In this document: positions 53,911 to 58,943 of the stretch, piece by piece
Position numbering within the stretch: the first letter of the stretch is position 1
Layout: every line of letters begins with the position of its first letter
DNA from: an uncultured Rikenellaceae bacterium
GTDB lineage: Bacteria; Bacteroidota; Bacteroidia; Bacteroidales; VadinHA17
DNA length: 58,943 nt
NCBI GenBank assembly: GCA_964612275.1
Contig: CAZTES010000002.1
Location: 1 to 58,943 of the forward strand
Direction of reading: 5' to 3'
Program-made: the position numbers and the translations under genes
Notes under the pieces: model-generated
What the model was told of the DNA's origin: nothing
Seen by the model: only the letters and a program-made list of their open reading frames with translations
The model's database searches: none

Positions 53911-55326
53911 ATGAAAAAGATGACAGGTAAAAAGCATAAAGCGGTTTCCGAAGGAGTGAGCCGCCGGGACTTCCTGAAAACTTCAGCCCTTCTTGCCGGG
54001 ACAACCTTTATTGTTCCCACCATTGTTCCTTCCTGTGTTATGGGGAAAGATGCACCCAGCAATATGATAAACATAGGGGCGATCGGCGCGGGCAGGATCT
54101 CCCGGACGCACGACCTGCCGGAAACCTTGAAATATGATTTTACCCGTTTGATCGCGGTTTGTGATGTCGACAGCAAGCGGGTGCAAGAGGGAAAGGAATG
54201 GATACAAAACTTCTATGCAGAGAAAAAGGGCAATCCAGGTTACGTAGATGTGAAGATGTATGGAGATTTCAGGGAGATGCTGCAGAACAGGGAGATTGAT
54301 GCCGTGCTGATCAGCACTCCGGATCACTGGCATGCAATTCCTGCCATTGAAGCAGCCAAAGCCGGCAAGGATATCTACCTGCAGAAACCCACCTCCCTGG
54401 CCATTGCTGAAGGCAGGGCATTGAGTGATGCCATTCAAGGCACGGGCAGGATATTCCAGATCGGCAGCCAGCAGCGTTCTGCCAATCCATGGCCCCAGTT
54501 CAAACGTGCCTGTGAGCTGGTGCGTAACGGGAGGATCGGGAAGCTCCACACGGTAATCATTGGTCTGCCTGGAGACCCTTCCGGTGAGGAAGAACCCGAA
54601 ATGCCAATCCCCGAAAACCTCAATTACGATATGTGGCTGGGATCAACCCCCTATGTCTACTATACGGAAAAACGGGTCCATCCGCAACATGATTATTCAC
54701 GCCCGGGATGGCTGCGGTGCGAACAATTCGGTGCGGGAATGATTACTGGCTGGGGTGCCCACCATGTCGATACAGCCCACTGGGGAATGGGAACGGAACT
54801 CACCGGTCCTGTTGAAGTGGTAGCCGAAGCGGAATTTCCTGAAAGTGGATTGTGGGATGTCCATGGAAACTTTAACGTGAAAGCCAAATATGCAAATGGT
54901 GTAACGATGATGATCAGCGGGGATAATCCGAACGGAGTCCGGTTCGAGGGAGATGAGGGATGGATCTTTGTAACCCGCGGAAATTATGCTGTTACACCCA
55001 GTGACCCGATATCGTCGGATGAAAACAGGAAGTCCCTGGACGCCAGTGATCCGAAGATCCTGGAATCGGAAATCGGACCGGAGGAGATCCACCTCTATCA
55101 TAGCGAAGAACAACATGGCAACTGGCTGGAGTGCATCAAATCACGGAAACAAACCATTGCTCCCGCTGAAGTGGCACACCGCTCATGCAGCGCCTGCCTG
55201 GTTAGCCACATCGCTATGAAATTGCCAAGAAAACTCTATTGGGATCCTGAAAAGGAAGAGTTCAAAAACGACCAAGAAGCCAACTCCATGCTCTCAAGAC
55301 CCATGCGCGAACCGTGGGTGATTTAA
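53911..55326 (+). CDS. Gfo/Idh/MocA family oxidoreductase with twin-arginine signal (exported; GH109-like architecture)
   Basis: 471 aa. TAT motif SRRDFLKTSALLAGT, Rossmann INIGAIGAGRISRTH, then the GFO C-terminal domain. Confidence 0.85.
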   Translation: MKKMTGKKHKAVSEGVSRRDFLKTSALLAGTTFIVPTIVPSCVMGKDAPSNMINIGAIGAGRISRTHDLPETLKYDFTRLIAVCDVDSKRVQEGKEWIQNFYAEKKGNPGYVDVKMYGDFREMLQNREIDAVLISTPDHWHAIPAIEAAKAGKDIYLQKPTSLAIAEGRALSDAIQGTGRIFQIGSQQRSANPWPQFKRACELVRNGRIGKLHTVIIGLPGDPSGEEEPEMPIPENLNYDMWLGSTPYVYYTEKRVHPQHDYSRPGWLRCEQFGAGMITGWGAHHVDTAHWGMGTELTGPVEVVAEAEFPESGLWDVHGNFNVKAKYANGVTMMISGDNPNGVRFEGDEGWIFVTRGNYAVTPSDPISSDENRKSLDASDPKILESEIGPEEIHLYHSEEQHGNWLECIKSRKQTIAPAEVAHRSCSACLVSHIAMKLPRKLYWDPEKEEFKNDQEANSMLSRPMREPWVI

Positions 55327-55335
55327 ATATATTAA

Positions 55336-55416
55336 CCACAAAGAACACAAAGATTTTACACAAAGATCCTAAAGTCTTTCTTTGTGCACTTCGTGCCTTC
55401 TTTGAGCGCTTTGTGG
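55336..55416. repeat. 81-nt imperfect nested hairpin built from cacaaaga / tctttgtg words
   Basis: Outer stem ccacaaag (55336-55343) / ctttgtgg (55409-55416). Inner stem tacacaaaga (55357-55366) / tctttgtgca (55379-55388). Starts 10 nt after the GFO stop. Confidence 0.7.
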
Positions 55417-55514
55417 TAAAAAAACTTCGTAATGACTGAAAATGAACTTTAAAAAGCCTAATAGAACCGCTATAGTCCTCCCTTGAGGGAGGTGTAGGAG
55501 GGTGATTGTCTGTT

Positions 55515-55889
55515 ATGAAAAATGTGGATTACAATAAAAACCTTAAAGAAAAAGCCAGGGTGTTACGAACAAACTCAACTCGTGCAGAAATTCGTTTATG
55601 GTGTGAACTTCTGAGGGCAAAACAAATGTTGGATTACAGATTTTTAAGACAAAGACCTATTGACCTGTATATAGTTGATTTCTTTAATAAAGATCTCAAA
55701 CTCATTGTTGAAGTTGATGGAAGTTCCCATGATTCAAGATCTATTCAGGATGTTGAAAGAGATAGAAAATTTGATAAAAGGGGATATTCCATCCTCCGAT
55801 TTACAAATGAGGAGATATTGTTAGATTTGGATAACGTGAAAGAAAAAATTATGGACAGAATCTTAGCGTTAGAGCAATCACCCCTGTAG
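55515..55889 (+). CDS. DUF559 endonuclease-domain protein (Vsr/restriction-endonuclease-like fold)
   Basis: ATG 55515 (the track start 55506 is TTG). LRTNSTRAEIRLWCELLRAKQM.DYRFLRQRPI..YIVDFF......IVEVDGSSH.....D..RD......GY.ILRFTNEEI is the standard DUF559 pattern. AT-rich compared with its neighbours (by eye). Confidence 0.8.
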   Translation: MKNVDYNKNLKEKARVLRTNSTRAEIRLWCELLRAKQMLDYRFLRQRPIDLYIVDFFNKDLKLIVEVDGSSHDSRSIQDVERDRKFDKRGYSILRFTNEEILLDLDNVKEKIMDRILALEQSPL

Positions 55890-55985
55890 TCCCCTCAAGG
55901 GGACACTATGCGTGAAAACAAAGACGGGCTGATCCCCTATAGTCCCCTCAAGGGGACACTATGCGTAAAATTAGAGACAGGCTGT
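55881..55985. repeat. Tandem direct repeat, 2 x ~52 bp, each containing the hairpin gtcccct ca aggggac
   Basis: Copy 1 (55881-55932) is cccctgtagtcccctcaaggggacactatgcgtgaaaacaaagacgggctga. Copy 2 (55933-55985) is tcccctatagtcccctcaaggggacactatgcgtaaaattagagacaggctgt. Copy 1 overlaps the DUF559 stop. A related ctatagtcctcccttgagggagg lies upstream at 55470-55492. Confidence 0.85.
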
Positions 55986-56003
55986 TATGTAAATATGTGA
56001 ACC

Positions 56004-57434
56004 ATGAACAAACGGTTAAAACTCATTCTTATCTTCATCCTAATTATATTCCTTATGCCATTCTGTAAAAACCCGGATTCATCAGACAACCCGGATAGCA
56101 GGCAATTCACGGGTGCAAAAGGGGAAGTGGTCCTGATAACCCTTGATCCCGGGCATTTTCATGCTGCCCTGGTGCAAAAAACCATGAAGGAACAGATCCA
56201 TCCGGAAGTATACATCTTCGCCCCTGAAGGACCGGATGTCACAAACCACCTGCAGCAGATCCAAAAGTACAACTCCCGGACCGAGAATCCTACAAACTGG
56301 GTGTCTCACCTCTATACGGGAGATGATTTCTTTGAGAAAATGCTGGAAGAAAAACCGGGAAATGTTATGGTGGTTGCGGGAAACAACCGAAAGAAAACAG
56401 AGTACATCCGTAAAGCTGTCGGGCATGGAATCCATGTACTGGCTGATAAACCGATGGCAATCGATACCGAGGATTTTGAGCTGCTTCTTGGTGCTTTTGA
56501 AGCGGCTGAAGAGAACCACCTGTTGCTGTACGACATTATGACAGAACGGTTTGAGGTCACCACCATATTGCAAAAAATGTTTTCCCGGATCCCGGAAGTA
56601 TTCGGAGAACTGGAAAAAGGTACATTGGATGATCCGGCAGTCACCAAGGAGAGTATTCACCATTTCTTCAAATATGTCTCGGGAGAAAAGATCAAACGCC
56701 CTCCCTGGTTTTTCGACAGTGCACAGCAGGGAGAGGGACTGGTGGATGTCACCACACACCTGGTGGACCTGGTCCAATGGGAATGCTTCCCCGGGGAAAT
56801 TATCGACTACACGAAGGATATAAAAATTATTAAAGCCAGCCGCTGGCCCACCAAGGTTTCTCCTGAGCAGTTCCGGGAAGTCACCAGACTTGCCGAGATA
56901 CCGGATTATTTGCAACAGAGCATGTCGGAAGAAGGATTGCTCCAGGTTTATTCCAACGGATCAATCCTCTATGAGATCAATGGGATCATGGCAAAAGTAT
57001 CCGTGGAATGGAAGTATAAAGCCCCGGAAGGTGGCAGGGATACACACTTCTCTGTGATGCGTGGAACCCGATCCAACCTGCTCATCCGGCAGGATATCGA
57101 AGAAGGGTACACACCGGTTCTCTATATAGAACCGGTCAATGGTGTCGATCCGGTGACATTTGAAGAGGATCTGAACCAGGCACTGAAAATTATCCACGAA
57201 ATATACCCCGGTGTTGCTATAGAAAAGGCAACAAAAAACTGGAAGGTAATCATCCCGGAACGATACAGGGTGGGTCATGAAGCCCATTTCGGACAGGTCA
57301 CGGAGAAGTTCCTTCAATACCTGGTCGGTGGGGAACTGCCACCCTGGGAAGTGCCCAACATGATCACAAAATATTATATCACAACAAAAGCACTGGAAAT
57401 GGCGCGGAGTGAAGGAACAACCGATTTGCCATAA
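56004..57434 (+). CDS. Lipoprotein, GFO-like Rossmann N-domain + 'putative oxidoreductase C-terminal domain' type
   Basis: 476 aa, lipobox FLMPFC. N-terminal VVLITLDPGHFHAALVQK and VMVVAGNNRKK resemble the uncharacterised oxidoreductase family that commonly neighbours ThuA genes. Confidence 0.55.
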   Translation: MNKRLKLILIFILIIFLMPFCKNPDSSDNPDSRQFTGAKGEVVLITLDPGHFHAALVQKTMKEQIHPEVYIFAPEGPDVTNHLQQIQKYNSRTENPTNWVSHLYTGDDFFEKMLEEKPGNVMVVAGNNRKKTEYIRKAVGHGIHVLADKPMAIDTEDFELLLGAFEAAEENHLLLYDIMTERFEVTTILQKMFSRIPEVFGELEKGTLDDPAVTKESIHHFFKYVSGEKIKRPPWFFDSAQQGEGLVDVTTHLVDLVQWECFPGEIIDYTKDIKIIKASRWPTKVSPEQFREVTRLAEIPDYLQQSMSEEGLLQVYSNGSILYEINGIMAKVSVEWKYKAPEGGRDTHFSVMRGTRSNLLIRQDIEEGYTPVLYIEPVNGVDPVTFEEDLNQALKIIHEIYPGVAIEKATKNWKVIIPERYRVGHEAHFGQVTEKFLQYLVGGELPPWEVPNMITKYYITTKALEMARSEGTTDLP

Positions 57435-57485
57435 ACCGGTGGAGAACAAACCGAAAATCTTTTATTAACCCGTAATAATAAAACC

Positions 57486-58289
57486 ATGATTAAACGAGGC
57501 ATTCAATTATCCCTGTTGATCCTGATATCCTTTATACTCCTCTCCTGTGAAACCGTTACCCGGAAAGAGCAACGGGTGCTGGTATACACAAAAAACGGAG
57601 AGGGATATGTCCATGACAATATCGCAAATAACATGAAGGCGATAAAAGAGCTTGGAGAAGAAAATGGATTTACTGTGGATGTTTCCGATTCTCCTGAATC
57701 ATTTACCGAGGAAAATCTGACAAAGTACAGCTGCATTGTTTTCGCCAACACCAACAACGATGTCTTTGATACGGATGAACAGAAAGTAGCTTTTATGCGG
57801 TATATCCAGGCAGGAGGGGGATTTGCCGGCATCCATTCAGCCTGCGGTACAGAACGAAACTGGCCCTGGTTCATCCGGCTGGTGGGCGGCACGTTTGTTG
57901 TTCATGCTGCGTATCAGGAATTCGCCGTCAACATCATCGATCACAATCATCCCTCTACCCGGGATCTTCCCGACCGTTGGGTTCGTGAAGATGAATGTTA
58001 TTTTGTCACACAGATGAATCCGGCTATCCATGTTCTGATCACACACGATCTCAGTACCATCGAAGATGGCCGGAAAGACTCCTTTCCGGATCTTTTCGGC
58101 AATGATTTTCCAGGAGCCTGGTACCATGAATTTCAGGGTGGCAGATCCTGGTATACTTCCTATGGCCATAACCCGGATGATTATAACGATCCCCTGTTCC
58201 GTGGACACATCCTGGGGGGAATTATCTATGCCATCGGCGAAAACCGGGAACTGGATTACACAAAAGCGACTGCAACCACACCCTGGTAA
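57486..58289 (+). CDS. ThuA-domain lipoprotein (trehalose-utilisation-like, class-I glutamine-amidotransferase-like fold)
   Basis: 267 aa, lipobox LLSC. RVLVYTKNGEGYVHDNI..., GGGFAGIHSA and WYHEFQGGRSWYTSYGH are typical ThuA-family segments. Confidence 0.8.
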   Translation: MIKRGIQLSLLILISFILLSCETVTRKEQRVLVYTKNGEGYVHDNIANNMKAIKELGEENGFTVDVSDSPESFTEENLTKYSCIVFANTNNDVFDTDEQKVAFMRYIQAGGGFAGIHSACGTERNWPWFIRLVGGTFVVHAAYQEFAVNIIDHNHPSTRDLPDRWVREDECYFVTQMNPAIHVLITHDLSTIEDGRKDSFPDLFGNDFPGAWYHEFQGGRSWYTSYGHNPDDYNDPLFRGHILGGIIYAIGENRELDYTKATATTPW

Positions 58290-58750
58290 TTGCTCCTTTT
58301 CAATGATCATAAACCTATGGATGAGTGGGATAACGTTATCAGCAAACCCAGGATAAACAAGCAATTGGATTCATTGAACTGGTATTGGACGGGGAGTGTA
58401 AGTTGCTGAAAAAAAAAAGATAGATTTGGTCGAGGCTGTTTCCGCCAAAGCCTATTCCGATCCCAAACCAGCCCGTTTTGACCGGGATAATGACACCTAT
58501 TATATTATGAAAGATGTGCGCATAGACATCAAAATTAACCGGAGACACATCCGGGATATTTTATCGGACCAGGGTGAAAAAATTGAACGTTACATATAGG
58601 AGCAGAACCTTTCATACTCTTCACGGGAGGATATGATGGAACTGATCAAATTTTATAACTCGCTTTACGAGGAATAGTATGCCCATATGCAAAATAAAGG
58701 AATGCTTTTGCCACTCCTTAAATTATCGTCCAATTCACATCAAATTAATA

Positions 58751-58787
58751 TTTGACAGATAGCAAGTCAATTTTTTAATTATTTTTG
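58751..58787 (+). promoter_or_regulatory. Candidate Bacteroidota sigma-A promoter (TTTG -33-like, TAnnTTTG -7-like)
   Basis: tttg at 58751-58754 and tatttttg at 58780-58787, about 85 nt upstream of the ATG at 58873. The spacing is slightly longer than the consensus. Confidence 0.3.
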
Positions 58788-58872
58788 TATCTTGAGTCGG
58801 TATTTAGAAGATTATTGAGCAGGGGTAATGATAATACCCGTTGCACTGATGTGAAACGTAAAAATTTAAACA

Positions 58873-58943
58873 ATGAACCCATTTTCTATCGGTAAAACAC
58901 ACAATACACCACTGATAAACTTTGATCCTGAGAAGAAGGTTCT
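58873..58943 (+). CDS. DUF1987/SiaC-like protein, N-terminal fragment (runs off right edge)
   Basis: The ATG at 58873 gives MNPFSIGKTHNTPLINFDPEKKV, matching the typical T..TP.I.FD start of DUF1987 proteins. Only 23 codons are visible. Confidence 0.35.
   Translation, partial: MNPFSIGKTHNTPLINFDPEKKV

Noticed and set aside
58409-58418. A10 tract as a programmed-frameshift or phase-variation switch joining ORF 58317-58409 to the downstream frame
   Set aside because: The upstream ORF's TGA lies at the first A of the tract, so slippage within the run cannot fuse the two frames. It is kept only as a note within the degraded-gene finding.
1-58943. tRNA, rRNA, tmRNA or other housekeeping RNA genes
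   Set aside because: By eye I saw no T-arm (GGTTCGAATCC-like) or acceptor-stem cloverleaf, and no rRNA-like conserved stretch. The many hairpins are simple stem-triloop elements. tRNAscan/Infernal would be needed for certainty.

Overview
58.9-kb Bacteroidota-type chromosomal segment. The phylum call rests on a T9SS C-terminal sorting domain, many lipoprotein signal peptides, tightly packed co-directional genes and a TAnnTTTG-like promoter box. It is dominated by sugar catabolism. Left third: an L-arabinose / beta-L-arabinofuranoside block with two GH127, GH51, araB, araD and a divergent araA, interrupted by an S9 prolyl-type peptidase and a BNR/Asp-box protein. Middle (20.8-49.8 kb): 19 minus-strand genes plus a minus-strand IS200-like RAYT gene inserted among them. 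They include two SSF sodium symporters, a giant secreted CotH/LTD protein, a corrinoid (B12-binding) protein and a URO-D/MtaA-like methyltransferase. They also include a heparinase II/III-like protein, a ROK kinase, a cytoplasmic GH38, Gfo/Idh/MocA, SDR and OYE oxidoreductases and a xylose-isomerase-like TIM-barrel protein. The remainder are a 782-aa orphan protein, an exported class-V PLP enzyme, a six-hairpin glycosidase-like protein and an AGE-family epimerase. Right end: eda, then an exported/lipoprotein redox set (DUF6807/PmoA-family, TAT-signal Gfo/Idh/MocA, GFO-like lipoprotein, ThuA). No SusC/SusD, regulator, rRNA, tRNA or CRISPR array was seen. Almost every intergenic gap longer than about 100 bp is built from short GC-rich triloop hairpins and strand-asymmetric low-complexity 'word' repeats that recur across the window. 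Three small selfish-type genes sit inside such gaps, each bracketed by repeats: the RAYT, a four-helix-bundle/23S-IVS-type protein and a DUF559 endonuclease. Best candidates for undescribed biology: (1) the corrinoid + URO-D pair inside a glycan locus, possibly cobalamin-dependent sugar O-demethylation; (2) the cytoplasmic GFO/TIM-barrel/OYE/SDR/orphan-782 set around GH38; (3) the exported DUF6807-GFO-ThuA set; (4) the RAYT with 226-bp MITE-like units and the modular repeat system. All functional calls come from reading motifs in the translations; no database search was possible.
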